From NCBI GenBank assembly GCA_036229005.1, contig JAZAMN010000074.1:1-46555 (forward strand): a stretch of 46,555 nucleotides of DNA. Direction: 5' to 3'. The notes under the pieces were generated by a model. That model was not told the origin of the DNA. It saw only the letters and a program-made list of their open reading frames with translations, and searched no databases. How positions within the stretch are numbered: position 1 is the first letter of the stretch; the number at the start of each line of letters is the position of its first letter. Shown here one piece after another: positions 1 through 9,715 of the stretch. Source of the stretch: Myxococcota bacterium. Its GTDB lineage: Bacteria; Myxococcota_A; UBA796; CAJQPC01. A program made the translations under genes and the position numbers.

Positions 1-160
1 TGTCAGCGACGATGAACTCCCCGAACTCCACGGAGCCGGGCTCGGCGGACAGGACGCAGACGGTGGTGTCATCGACACCGCCGACGTTGTTGTCGGCCTC
101 GATGAGCTCGAAGTCGCTGCAGCCGGTCAGCATTCCGGCCAAGACGAAGAGGGTGGGCAT
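1..160 (-). CDS. Putative lipoprotein, partial (runs off the window start); possibly begins an Ig-like domain
   Basis: Not in the ORF track. ATG at 160 with GGAG upstream; translates MPTLFVLAGMLTGC-SDFELIEADNNVGG...AEPGSVEFGEF, lipobox LTGC, open to the window edge. Confidence 0.65.
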   Translation of the reverse strand, partial: MPTLFVLAGMLTGCSDFELIEADNNVGGVDDTTVCVLSAEPGSVEFGEFIVAD

Positions 161-311
161 GGAGTGTCTCCGGTGGGTTCAGGAATCGGGTAGACGGAGG
201 AGGCGCGCTGCTGACGCAGAGGCGCCTCAGACCCAGCAAGGGTACACCTATTGCGGGCGTCTGCAAAGAGAGCTTTACAAAGATCCCGTGACGAAGCTTG
301 AACGGGCCAGT

Positions 312-2330
312 TCAGGCGATGCGGGTGCCCGGAGGGACGTCCTCGAGGGCGCTCGCCATGCTCAGGATCTTCTTGCCCTGTGACGCCGCCAGCAACATCC
401 CCTCGCTGGTGATGCCCCGCAGAGGCCGAGGCGCCAGGTTCAGGACCGCCAACAGGGTCTTGCCGACCAGCTCGTCCGGGGAGAAGCGGGAGGCGATGCC
501 AGCAACGATGGTCCGGGGCTTGCTCTCGCCGGCGTCGACCTTGATGACCAGCAGGCGGTCGGCGTCGGGGTGGGGCTCCGCCGAGAGCACCTTGACCGCC
601 CGGATGTCCACCTTGGTGAAGTCCCCGAACTCGATGGTGCCGTACTCGGGCTCCTTGGCCTTGGACTTGGACTTGGACTTGGACTTCTTGGCGGGCTTGG
701 CTGCGGGAGCAGGAGCCTGACCCTCCAGCGACTTGAGGCCGGCCCCGGTGACCTCGCTTGCGGACTGAAGCGCCGAGGAGATGGAATCAGGCAGCTTGTC
801 CAAGCGGGGGAAGAGCGGATCTGTGTTCACCAGGGATCCGCCCTCGACCAGACCCTGCAGGGTGTCCGTGCCATCGAAGGAGGCGTCGGTGACAGCGAGG
901 CGCTCCAGGAGCTCGGCGGCCTTGGTGGGGGAGAAGGGGCGCAGGAGCACGCCGACCACGCGGCAGACCTCCAGCGTGTGGCGCATCACGGTCGCGAGGC
1001 GGTCCATGTCCCCGGCCTTGTTCAGGGCCCAGGGCTTCTCGGTGTCCAGGTACTTGTTGCCGGCCTTGCCGATGTTCACGAGGGCTTCCAGGGCCTCGGG
1101 GAAGGCCAGCTCGGCGAGCGCTGCGTGGTAGCGGACGACCAGCTCGGAGACCTCGGCCTGGAGGGCGGCCTCGGCGTCGGTCAGGGTGCCGAGGGCGGGG
1201 ACCACGCCACCCAGCCACTTGTGGCTCATGGTGATGCCGCGGTGGAGCAGGTTGCCGATGTTGTTGGCCAGATCGGCGTTGTAGCGGAGCTGGTAGGACT
1301 TGTGGGAGAAGTCGCCGTCGCCGCCGAAGCGCTTCTCGGCCATCAGCACGTAGCGCACGGAGTCGGCCCCGTAGGCGTCGACCAGCAGGTTGGGGTCCAC
1401 CACGTTGCCCAGGGACTTGGACATCTTCTGGCCTTCCACCGTCCACCAGCCGTGGGCGTAGAGCAGGTCGGCGGGGTCCAGGCCCAGCGCCAGGAGCATG
1501 GTGCCCCAGTAGAGGGTGTGGGTGGTCAGGATGTCCTTGCCGAGGAGCTGCACGTCGGCGGGCCAGCGATCCTGGAAGGCGGCGTCGTCGCGGCGGTACC
1601 CGATGGCGCTGATGTAGTTGAGCAGCGCGTCGAACCAGACGTAGGTGACGTACTGGTCGTCCCAGGGGATGGGGATGCCCCAGGGCATGCGCTCGACCGG
1701 GCGGGTGATGCAGAGGTCGGCGACCTCCTTCTTGAGGGCGCCCAGCAGCTCGTTGCGGCGCGCCTCCGGGCGGATCCAGTCGGGGTGGCTGTCGACCCAG
1801 GCGCGGAGCTGGTCCGCGTACTTGGACATGCGGAACCAGTAGTTGGTCTCCTCCAGCCACTCGACCTCCTGGCCGGTGTCCGGGCAGAGCTTGCGGCCGT
1901 CGTCGGCGACGATGACGTCCTTCTCGGTCCAGAATCGCTCGGCCGAGGTGGAGTACCAGCCGGCGTAGGACTCCTGGTAGATGTCCCCGCGATCGTAGAG
2001 CTCCTGCAGGACCTCCTGGACGATCTGGGTGTGCCGGGGTTCGGTGGTGCGGATGAAGTCGTCGTGGGTGATGTCCAGGCGCTCCCAGAGCTTCTGGAAG
2101 GCGACCACCAGCTCGTCGACGTGGGCCTGGGGGCTCAGGCCGCGCGCCTGGGCCTTGCGGTAGACCTTCTGGCCGTGCTCGTCGGTGCCGGTCAGGAAGT
2201 GGACCTTGCGCCCCATCAGCCGCTGGTAGCGGCAGGTCACGTCGGCGGCGACCTGGGTGTAGGCGTGCCCGATGTGGGGCGCGTCGTTGACGTAGTAGAG
2301 CGGGGTCGTCAGGTAGAAGGTCTTGGCCAC
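312..2330 (-). CDS. metG: Methionine--tRNA ligase with C-terminal tRNA-binding (OB-fold) domain
   Basis: TTPLYYVN..PHIGH, GTDEHGQK, YVWFDAL and KMSKS motifs; C-terminal HPDADRLL...SEGMLL domain. GTG at 2330 has GGAGG 5 nt upstream (ORF track starts at 2363). Confidence 0.97.
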   Translation of the reverse strand: MAKTFYLTTPLYYVNDAPHIGHAYTQVAADVTCRYQRLMGRKVHFLTGTDEHGQKVYRKAQARGLSPQAHVDELVVAFQKLWERLDITHDDFIRTTEPRHTQIVQEVLQELYDRGDIYQESYAGWYSTSAERFWTEKDVIVADDGRKLCPDTGQEVEWLEETNYWFRMSKYADQLRAWVDSHPDWIRPEARRNELLGALKKEVADLCITRPVERMPWGIPIPWDDQYVTYVWFDALLNYISAIGYRRDDAAFQDRWPADVQLLGKDILTTHTLYWGTMLLALGLDPADLLYAHGWWTVEGQKMSKSLGNVVDPNLLVDAYGADSVRYVLMAEKRFGGDGDFSHKSYQLRYNADLANNIGNLLHRGITMSHKWLGGVVPALGTLTDAEAALQAEVSELVVRYHAALAELAFPEALEALVNIGKAGNKYLDTEKPWALNKAGDMDRLATVMRHTLEVCRVVGVLLRPFSPTKAAELLERLAVTDASFDGTDTLQGLVEGGSLVNTDPLFPRLDKLPDSISSALQSASEVTGAGLKSLEGQAPAPAAKPAKKSKSKSKSKAKEPEYGTIEFGDFTKVDIRAVKVLSAEPHPDADRLLVIKVDAGESKPRTIVAGIASRFSPDELVGKTLLAVLNLAPRPLRGITSEGMLLAASQGKKILSMASALEDVPPGTRIA
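661..684. repeat. (TTGGAC)x4 tandem repeat encoding the KS-rich linker of MetG
   Basis: ttggac x4 read directly; encodes SKSKSKSK on the minus strand. Confidence 0.85.
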
Positions 2331-2355
2331 GTCGGCCTCCAGGAGGGGTCGTTCG

Positions 2356-3564
2356 CTATTCACCGCCGGTGGGAGCGTCCACCGGTGCGGTCAAGCGGGC
2401 GGTCGCGCGGAACGCCAGGAATGTGCAGATCAGCAGCACGCCGGCGCTGAGGAAGAAGGGGAGCCGCTCGCTCACGCGCTCGAAGGCCAGCCCGGCGATG
2501 GCGGGGGCCACGGCGCGGGCCAGGGCGCTCAGGGACTGGTTGGTGCCCAGCACGAAGCCCTGCTCGCTGTCCGGGGTCTGGCGGGAGATGAGGGAGAAAA
2601 GGCTGGGCTGCGCCAAGGATTGGAACACCGCCAACAAGAAGCCCACCGCCAACAGCGGGCCCCAAGGGGGGGCATAGGCGAGGCCGATGAGGGCCAGTCC
2701 CAGCCCGGGGATGCCGATGCGGACCAGGGCGCCTTCGCCAAAGCGCTTGGAGAGCCGGCCGATGAGGCCACCCTGGATGACGATGCCCACGATCCCGATG
2801 ACGCCGAGCACGTAGCCGACCTGTCGGGCGCTCAGCTCGTGCTGGTGCTCCTCGAAGAGGGCGAAGGTGGACTCCATCATGGAGAAGGCCAGGGTCATCG
2901 CGAAGCTGAGGATGATGAACGCGCCCACCTTGGGGTGGGACATCACGCGCATCCAGTCGGCGGGCTTGAGGGTGCGCTTGCGGTCGCGGGGGGCCTTGCG
3001 CTCCGGCTCCTTGACCAGGGCCAGGGCGAGCACGAAGTTCAAGGCGGAGAGCCCCGCCGCGATCCAGATCGGCAGGGACAGGCCCAGCTCGGTCTCGGCG
3101 AACACGCCACCGATGACCGGCCCCAGGGTGAAGCCCAGGCCGAAGCCCGCGCCGATCATGCCCATGCCCTTGGCCCGGTCCTCCTTGGAGGTCACGTCGG
3201 CCACGTAGGCCTGCGCGGTGCTGATGTTGGCCGCGAACACGCCGTGCAGGGAGCGGAACACAAAGAGCAGCCAGAGCTCGCTGGCCCAGGCGAAGCCCGC
3301 CAGCATCAGCGCGGTCATCGCGATGCTCATGAGCAGGATGGGGCGGCGCCCGAAGCGGTCCGAGAGGCTGCCCCAGAGCGGCGCGAACAGGAACTGGGCG
3401 GCGCTGTAGCTGGCCATGAGCAGGGTGACCTGCAGGGGGCTGGCGCCGTAGTCCTCCGCGTAGAAGGACAGCAGCGGGATCACGATCCCGAAGCCCACCA
3501 GGTCCAGGACCACGGTGAGGAAGATGACGCCCAGGGCGCGCTTGTTGGTCTGGGTCTCGCTCAT
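2356..3564 (-). CDS. MFS transporter, TetA/DHA1-like
   Basis: DLVGFGIVIP, motif A GSLSDRFGRRP, motif C GLGFTLGPVIGG, about 12 hydrophobic segments. Confidence 0.92.
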   Translation of the reverse strand: MSETQTNKRALGVIFLTVVLDLVGFGIVIPLLSFYAEDYGASPLQVTLLMASYSAAQFLFAPLWGSLSDRFGRRPILLMSIAMTALMLAGFAWASELWLLFVFRSLHGVFAANISTAQAYVADVTSKEDRAKGMGMIGAGFGLGFTLGPVIGGVFAETELGLSLPIWIAAGLSALNFVLALALVKEPERKAPRDRKRTLKPADWMRVMSHPKVGAFIILSFAMTLAFSMMESTFALFEEHQHELSARQVGYVLGVIGIVGIVIQGGLIGRLSKRFGEGALVRIGIPGLGLALIGLAYAPPWGPLLAVGFLLAVFQSLAQPSLFSLISRQTPDSEQGFVLGTNQSLSALARAVAPAIAGLAFERVSERLPFFLSAGVLLICTFLAFRATARLTAPVDAPTGGE

Positions 3565-3618
3565 GAGGGCAGCCCCCTAACCCAGCGCGTTACAGCCGGG
3601 GCCCCGCCCGGAGAGGAC

Positions 3619-4416
3619 ATGGATCTGCAGATCGCTCATGACGCCGCCGTCGCCGCTGCTCTGGAGGCTGGCGCGGCCATCGCTGGCTTCTACAAGGACG
3701 AGTACACCGTCCGCGACAAGGGGGAGGACAACCCCCTCACCGACGCGGATCTGGCCGCCGACAAGATCCTGGAGCAGCACCTCAAGGGCCGCTTTCAGGA
3801 CACCGGCTGGCTGAGCGAGGAGACCGGCGACGACAAGAGCCGCCTGGAGAAGGGCTACTGCTGGATCGTCGACCCTCTGGACGGCACCCGCGAGTTCACC
3901 CTGGGCATCCCCGAGTTCTGCGTCTCCGTGGCCCTGATCAAGGGGGACGAGGCGGTGGTCGGCGTGCTCTACAACCCGATCACCCAGGAGCTGTTCTCCG
4001 GGATCGTGGGGGTGGGCGCCTGGTACACCAAGGCCGGCGAGCGCCGCGACGCCAAGGTCACCAGCCACGCCAACCTGGACGGCGCCAAGGTCGTCTGCTC
4101 GCGCTCCGAGATGAAGAAGGGCTGGTTCGACCCCTGGAAGGACCAGCTCGACCTGCGCCCCGTCGGCTCCGTGGCCTACAAGTTCGGCCTGGTGGCCGCG
4201 GGCCTGGCCGAGAGCACCTTCACCAACAAGCCCCGCAACGCCTGGGACATCGCCGGCGGCGTCGCCATCGTGGCCGCCGCGGGCGGGCGCAGCAGCAACC
4301 GCCACGGGCAGCCCTACCGCTTCAACCAGGACAAGCCCCTCAAGGACGGCGTCTGCGGCACCAACGGCGTGCTGCACGAGCAGATCCTGGAGGTCATGGC
4401 GCAGCAGGCTGGGTGA
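3619..4416 (+). CDS. cysQ: Inositol monophosphatase family protein, CysQ-like 3'(2'),5'-bisphosphate nucleotidase
   Basis: PLTDADLAA, LSEE, WIVDPLDGTREF and WDIAGG motifs; ATG at 3619 preceded by GGAGAGG. Confidence 0.8.
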   Translation: MDLQIAHDAAVAAALEAGAAIAGFYKDEYTVRDKGEDNPLTDADLAADKILEQHLKGRFQDTGWLSEETGDDKSRLEKGYCWIVDPLDGTREFTLGIPEFCVSVALIKGDEAVVGVLYNPITQELFSGIVGVGAWYTKAGERRDAKVTSHANLDGAKVVCSRSEMKKGWFDPWKDQLDLRPVGSVAYKFGLVAAGLAESTFTNKPRNAWDIAGGVAIVAAAGGRSSNRHGQPYRFNQDKPLKDGVCGTNGVLHEQILEVMAQQAG

Positions 4417-4425
4417 GGCCAGGGG

Positions 4426-4607
4426 CAGGTATCAGAGGTCAGGTATCAGAGGTCAGGACTCGGGACGCCGTGCTGAAACCCGATACCGGCCGCCCTCCCA
4501 TCCCGTCGGCTGCCCCGGCATCTCTCCCCGGCCCTCCGTCATCGCCGGTCCCCGGTCGCCAGTCGCCGGTCGCCGGTGTCCCCGACACCTGACGCCCGAT
4601 ACCTGAC
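4426..4607. repeat. Intergenic heptamer-periodic repeat cluster with terminal inverted repeats, between convergent genes
   Basis: CAGGTATCAGAGGT x2 (4426-4453); five TCGCCGG-like units (4542-4576); 4438-4457 matches the reverse complement of 4588-4607 at 17/20. Confidence 0.7.
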
Positions 4608-4610
4608 TTC

Positions 4611-5387
4611 TCACCCCTGTCGCGGGTTGAACACCACCCAGCTCCGCTCGCTGTAGCCATGGTCCTCGCAGGTCTGGGGGACCTCGACTGCGTTGATGTT
4701 GCACAGGGTCAGCGTGCGCCCATCGGCGTCGACCTGCAGCGGGGTGTCCTCGCCGGGGCCCACCTGCGCCGAGTCGCCGGAGTCGGTCTCGAAGTCCATG
4801 GTGCGGACCGCGATCCGGCCGCAGTCCAGATCCTCGCTCCCGACGATCTCACCGGGGGTCACGGACAGCTCGGGGACGTCGTCGGGCTCAAGCCCCGGGG
4901 TGCCGCGCCCGCTCTCCATGGCGTAGAGGAGCCCTTCGTCCTGGTTGTGGACGGCGAAGCCGGCGGAGCCCTCCATGGAGCCGCTGCGGTAGGTCAGGGT
5001 GACGGTCTCGCCGGGGCTGACCTTGATCGCCGGGGTCGTGTCGCCGATGGAGTTGGACTCCCAGCGGTAGCCCACCATCCAGGTGTGGCCGTCCTGGTCC
5101 TCGATCGCGAGGGCGCGAGAGGGGGCGCCCCAGCAGGCGTCGACGTTGGAGAAGTCCGACTCGGGGGCGGGGCCCTCGGAGAGCACGGTGCCCGAGATGC
5201 GGTAGCTGCCGTCGCTCTGGGCGGCGCTCGCGGCGTCCTCTCCCAGATCCGAGCCCAGGCAGACGACAGAGGTGCCGATGTGGCCGAAGCCGGTCTCGCT
5301 CACCCACTGGAGCATTGCGCCCCCGGGCATCGAACAACCGGTCAGGGTGCAGGCGAGGACAACAGCAGGCAGGACGGACGCGCGCAT
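4611..5387 (-). CDS. Hypothetical lipoprotein
   Basis: MRASVLPAVVLACTLTGC lipobox; acidic, Cys-containing mature region; GGAG RBS; GC3-rich frame. Confidence 0.75.
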   Translation of the reverse strand: MRASVLPAVVLACTLTGCSMPGGAMLQWVSETGFGHIGTSVVCLGSDLGEDAASAAQSDGSYRISGTVLSEGPAPESDFSNVDACWGAPSRALAIEDQDGHTWMVGYRWESNSIGDTTPAIKVSPGETVTLTYRSGSMEGSAGFAVHNQDEGLLYAMESGRGTPGLEPDDVPELSVTPGEIVGSEDLDCGRIAVRTMDFETDSGDSAQVGPGEDTPLQVDADGRTLTLCNINAVEVPQTCEDHGYSERSWVVFNPRQG

Positions 5388-5457
5388 GGGGACTCCGGGG
5401 CAGCGACAGTCTGACCCATGAGCGCAGCGTCGTCGAAAGGCGAGGGAGGGAAAAGCT

Positions 5458-6147
5458 TCAGCGGCGGGAGTTTCCGCTGCCGACGCTCTTGAACTCCATG
5501 GCCTCCATCAGCTCGGAGCGGGCGCAGGCCTGGCCTTCGCACTCGCCCAGCAGGGACTCGAAGAGCTCGGGGTTGGCCAGGGGGCCGGCGCGCACCACGA
5601 CCTCGCACTCGGTCTCCTCGGGGCAGGTGGCGGCGCAGAGCTCGGCGCCCTCATCCGCGTCCTCCGGCAGGTAGCAGGACATGGCCGGAGGGGGCTGGGG
5701 GGGCTCCACCAGGGTGACGGGGCGGCTGATGGTGGCCTCGGCGGCCTGGCCCATCTCGGTCACCGGGGCGTCCTCGGCGACGGTGCTCACCATCTTGGTG
5801 GTGGTGAAGGCGTTCAGGGCGATCATCTTCACCTCGTAGGTGCCGGCCTTGAGGCCGTGGAGGATCGCGGGGGTGGCCGGGTGCATCATCCCCACCTTGA
5901 CCCCGTTGACGTAGAGGTCCATGGGGGAGGAGGTGCGGTTGTAGACCACCAGCTTGCCGATGCCGTCTGCGGCCTCCTTGGGGGCGACCTGGCCGGCGAA
6001 GGCCTCTGCGTCCACGTAGAGCTCGCGGAAGTCCTCGAGCTTGCCTTCGGTCAGGGCGGGGTTCTCCTGGTAGAGGTTGCGGCTCTCCTGGGCGAGGGCG
6101 GCGGGGCTCAGCAGGGTGGCAAGCAGAATCAGCACAGGGGCTCCCAT
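5458..6147 (-). CDS. Secreted hypothetical protein with a PEGA-like beta segment and Cys-rich C-terminus
   Basis: Signal peptide MGAPVLILLATLLSPAALA; GKLVVYN...LYVNG...GLKAGTYEV resembles PEGA/Ig. The upstream part of the long track ORF is the antisense shadow of hutI. Confidence 0.65.
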   Translation of the reverse strand: MGAPVLILLATLLSPAALAQESRNLYQENPALTEGKLEDFRELYVDAEAFAGQVAPKEAADGIGKLVVYNRTSSPMDLYVNGVKVGMMHPATPAILHGLKAGTYEVKMIALNAFTTTKMVSTVAEDAPVTEMGQAAEATISRPVTLVEPPQPPPAMSCYLPEDADEGAELCAATCPEETECEVVVRAGPLANPELFESLLGECEGQACARSELMEAMEFKSVGSGNSRR

Positions 6148-6249
6148 TGGGGAAGTCTGGTGTGCGCGATGGGGCCCCCGGTAAAGGGGGGCCTGCGCGA
6201 GAGGGGGTCGGCTATAGCATGGGGGCCACCGCACAGGCCAGGAGGGCAC

Positions 6250-7452
6250 GTGGTCGATTTGGCTGTCATGCACATCGAGCAGCTCTGGACCATGGCGTCC
6301 GGGCAGGGGCCCATCGCGGACGGGGCCGTGTGCTTCCACGGGGGGCAAGTGGTCTACGCCGGCCCCAGTGCGCAGGCGCCGCAGGCCCTGGAGACCCGCT
6401 CCGGAGCGGGGATGGTCGGGCTGCCCGGGCTGGTCGACTGCCACACGCACACCCTCTACGCCGGGTCCCGCAGCGTGGAGTTCCAGCGGCGGCTGGCGGG
6501 GGAGGCCTACTCGGCGATCCTGGAGGCGGGGGGCGGCATCCTGAGCACGGTCCGCGCCACCCGCGCCGCCCCGGAGGCCGAGCTGCGCCGTCTGCTGCAG
6601 GCGCGCCTGGAGGGGATGCGGGCCCTGGGGGTCACCAGCGTCGAGGTCAAGAGCGGCTACGGCCTGGATCTGGAGAGCGAGCGCCGCTGCCTGCGGATCC
6701 TGGCGGACGCCGGCTGGCCGGTGCGGGTGCTGCCGACCTTCCTGGGCGCCCACGCCTTGCCGCCGGAGTTCAAGGAGCGCCGCGAGGACTACGTGGAGCA
6801 CCTGGTGCAGCAGGTGCTGCCGGAGATCGCGCCCTACGCGGCGATGGCCGATGTCTACTGCGACCGGGGCGCCTTCACGCTGCAGGACACGGAGCGGATC
6901 CTGAGCGCGGCGAAGGCGGCCGGCCTGGGCCTGCGGGTGCACGCCGAGCAGGTGGTCCACACGGGCGCAGCGGCGCTGGCGGCCACGCTGGGGGCGAGCT
7001 CCGCGGACCACCTGGAGCGCCTGGATGCGGCCGGGGTGCAGGCAATGGCGGAGGCGGGAACGGTGGCGGTGCTGCTGCCGGGGGCGATGCTCTACCTCAA
7101 GGACACGCCGCCGCCGGTCGCCGCGCTGCGGGAGGCCGGGGTGCCGCTGGCGGTGGCCACGGACTTCAACCCGGGGAGCTCGCCGATCCGGGATCTCTGG
7201 ACGGCGGCCACGCTGTCCTGCCTGACCATGGGCCTGTCGGTCACCGAGGCCCTCGCTGGCATCACGAAGGTGGCTGGGCAAGCGCTGGGGCGCCCGGATC
7301 TTGGGTGGTTGGGTCCCGGGTCCGCGGCGGATCTGGCCCTCTTCTCGCCCCCCATCGGAGAGCCGGCGGAGGCGGCGAGCCTCATCCAGTTCATGGGGGG
7401 GCACCGGGCCGCGTTGGTGGTCCAGGGAGGCCGGATCACTCTGGAGGCGTGA
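6250..7452 (+). CDS. hutI: Imidazolonepropionase
   Basis: PGLVDCHTH, GGGILSTVRATR, EVKSGYGL, HAEQ, ADHLE and ATDFNPGSSP motifs; GTG at 6250 with GGAGG upstream. Confidence 0.95.
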   Translation: MVDLAVMHIEQLWTMASGQGPIADGAVCFHGGQVVYAGPSAQAPQALETRSGAGMVGLPGLVDCHTHTLYAGSRSVEFQRRLAGEAYSAILEAGGGILSTVRATRAAPEAELRRLLQARLEGMRALGVTSVEVKSGYGLDLESERRCLRILADAGWPVRVLPTFLGAHALPPEFKERREDYVEHLVQQVLPEIAPYAAMADVYCDRGAFTLQDTERILSAAKAAGLGLRVHAEQVVHTGAAALAATLGASSADHLERLDAAGVQAMAEAGTVAVLLPGAMLYLKDTPPPVAALREAGVPLAVATDFNPGSSPIRDLWTAATLSCLTMGLSVTEALAGITKVAGQALGRPDLGWLGPGSAADLALFSPPIGEPAEAASLIQFMGGHRAALVVQGGRITLEA

Positions 7453-9385
7453 ACACCCGCAGGGCCCCGCGGTCCATCTCGGTGGCGATCAGGCGCTCGC
7501 CCCAGGCGGTCTGGAGCCACTCGGGGTTCGCGTCCGGAGACATGCCGGTCTCCAGGGCGGTCTCGGTGCCATCGGGGGCCACGCGGAGCAGGGTGCTGTC
7601 GGTCCAACGCCACGCCAGTGTGTCCTCGCTGGTGACGCCGAAGGCGAAGCTCCAAGGGGCCTCCTGCTCAGGCAGGTGCGAGAAGGTTGAGGTCGCGATC
7701 GCGTAGGGGCCCACGAACAGCGTCTCCTGGTCCTGGGAGAGCAGCGAGAACTGCATGTGGGAGCGGGACTCCAGGGTGCCGGTGAGGGGGCTGTGGGTCT
7801 GCACGTCACCGCCTTGGCCCACGACGCTGAGCCGGCCGTCCCAGGTGCGCGCGGCGATCACACCCTCCCCATAGGCGAGGAGCTCGAGGCGTCCGGCGCT
7901 GTCCTTGTCCAGGGGATCGGGGCCCAGGGAGACCCGCTGGAGGAGCTCGCGGGCGCTGGGATCGACCTCGACGAGCTCGTCCGCGAAGCCGGAGGACACC
8001 CACAGGCGGCCGGTCTCGGGGTGCAACAGGGCGTCGGAGAGGGTCAGCGAGTCGGCCTCGGACCAGCCAAGATCCAGCTCGTAGAGGTGCTGCAGGTCGG
8101 CGGCGGCGAAGACGTGCAGAGTGCCGCCGAGCTGGTCGAGGACCCAGAGCTCGTCGCCGATGACCACGGGGGCGACGGGCCAGCGGAAGCCGATGTCGGC
8201 CGATTGGATCTCCCCGCTCAGGAAGTCGGCCCGGGCGATGAGGCCGGAGAGGCGGCCGGTCACGAAGACCACGCCGCGCTCGCTCCCGGCGGCCAGGGAC
8301 TCCAGGTGGAGGCCCAGGGGGAGGCTGTCCCGGAGCTTGCCGGTGGCGGGGTCGTAGGCGCGGAGCTCGGTGGTGCCCTCGCTGTTGACCCAGAGCAGGC
8401 CGGTGGTGCTGTCCCGGCCGCCGCGGCCGGAGTTCTTGCCGGTGGTGAAGGTCGAGGAGAGCTCCAGCGTGCCGGTGGCGGTGCTGTAGCGCCGGGCCAG
8501 GCTCCAGTTGGGGTCGTCTTCGCCGACGCGGTCCAGGACGATGACGCCCTCGGGGGTGGCGATGACCTCCATGTTCTCGTGGCCGACGGTCCACTCCTGG
8601 GGATCGCGGGCCTCCAGGGTGGTGGAGCAGGGGGCCAGGCCGATGCGGCCCTCGGTGGCCAGGACGAGGTCGCCCTGGGGGGTAAAGGCGGCGGCCCGGG
8701 CGCCGAAGGGGGCCTCGCAGCTTCGGAGCTGGCTGAGGTCGCTGCGCTGGTGGAAGCTGACGCTGCCGGCGTCCTGGGCGGTCCCGAGCACCACGGCGAC
8801 CTGCTCGCTGCCCACGGAGAGCAGCGCGCGGGGCACGTCGGGGAGAGCGGTGAAGGCGAGCTGGCTGTAGTCGCTGTCCAGGACCTGGAGGATCCCGCCG
8901 CCGTCGACGGTGGTGCCCGCGACCAGGAGCTTGCCGTCGGAGAGGGGGAGCACGCCGGCCACCGAGGGCATGCCGGCCTCCACGGACTCCAGGGCGCCGG
9001 TCTCCAGATCCAGGCGCTGGAAGGCGGGCTTGCCGCGGCGGGCCAGGTAGAGGCTGCTGTCGCCGCCGTCGAAGAGCTCCACGGAGGTCCCGGTCCCGGT
9101 GAGGGGGAAGAGGCGCAGGAGCTCCTGGGAATCCAGGTCCACCTCCGCCAGCGTGCCGGAGCCCAGCGCGTGGCTGTAGGCCCTGCGGGTGCGCCCGAGG
9201 ACGAGGAGCTCGGTGGGGAGCAGGTGGTTGCCCTCGGGGCCGTCGTAGAGCTGCAGGGAGTCCAGCTCCCAGATCTGGCCGGTGTCCGCGGAGTCCTGGG
9301 TGTCGAGCCCGCCGGTCTCCTGGCTGTCGTCAGAGGGGGCCTTGCCGGGGCGGCAGGCCAGGGCACAGAGCAGGGGCAGCAACAT
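7436..9385 (-). CDS. Lipoprotein with YncE/YVTN-like beta-propeller repeats
   Basis: MLLPLLCALAC lipobox, DT-rich linker, repeated blade-like motifs (LWVNSEGTTELRAYDPATG, LWVSSGFADELVEVDP). Confidence 0.7.
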   Translation of the reverse strand: MLLPLLCALACRPGKAPSDDSQETGGLDTQDSADTGQIWELDSLQLYDGPEGNHLLPTELLVLGRTRRAYSHALGSGTLAEVDLDSQELLRLFPLTGTGTSVELFDGGDSSLYLARRGKPAFQRLDLETGALESVEAGMPSVAGVLPLSDGKLLVAGTTVDGGGILQVLDSDYSQLAFTALPDVPRALLSVGSEQVAVVLGTAQDAGSVSFHQRSDLSQLRSCEAPFGARAAAFTPQGDLVLATEGRIGLAPCSTTLEARDPQEWTVGHENMEVIATPEGVIVLDRVGEDDPNWSLARRYSTATGTLELSSTFTTGKNSGRGGRDSTTGLLWVNSEGTTELRAYDPATGKLRDSLPLGLHLESLAAGSERGVVFVTGRLSGLIARADFLSGEIQSADIGFRWPVAPVVIGDELWVLDQLGGTLHVFAAADLQHLYELDLGWSEADSLTLSDALLHPETGRLWVSSGFADELVEVDPSARELLQRVSLGPDPLDKDSAGRLELLAYGEGVIAARTWDGRLSVVGQGGDVQTHSPLTGTLESRSHMQFSLLSQDQETLFVGPYAIATSTFSHLPEQEAPWSFAFGVTSEDTLAWRWTDSTLLRVAPDGTETALETGMSPDANPEWLQTAWGERLIATEMDRGALRVFTPPE

Positions 9386-9466
9386 GGGCGGCAAGCTACC
9401 CGGTTTCGGGTGGGATCGCGCCCCGCGGTGCTTTGCGTTAGCTTGAGGGGACTACGGAGTCCTGCC

Positions 9467-9703
9467 ATGCGACTGATCGCTGCCGTCCCCGCCATCATGA
9501 ACCTGGGGACCCAAGAGCTGATCATCATCCTGGTGATCGTCGTGATCCTCTTCGGCGTGGGCAAGCTGCCCTCCGTCCTCAAGCAGCTCGGCTCGGGCGT
9601 CAAGGAGTTCCGCGACGCCGCCACCGGCGACGGCGAGAAGAAGTCCGAGGACGGCGACAAGGCCGAGGCTGCGGCCAAGCAAGAGGTCGAGAAGAAGCTG
9701 TAG
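9467..9703 (+). CDS. tatA: Twin-arginine translocase TatA/TatE subunit
   Basis: ELIIILVIVVILFGVGKLP..LGSGVKEFR motif; alternative start at the second Met (MNLG). Confidence 0.92.
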   Translation: MRLIAAVPAIMNLGTQELIIILVIVVILFGVGKLPSVLKQLGSGVKEFRDAATGDGEKKSEDGDKAEAAAKQEVEKKL

Positions 9704-9715
9704 GGGCTCCCGCTC

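Noticed and set aside
6250..7452. hutI without other hut genes
   Set aside because: Dispersed hut genes are common and the catalytic motifs are intact; nothing suggests a new function.
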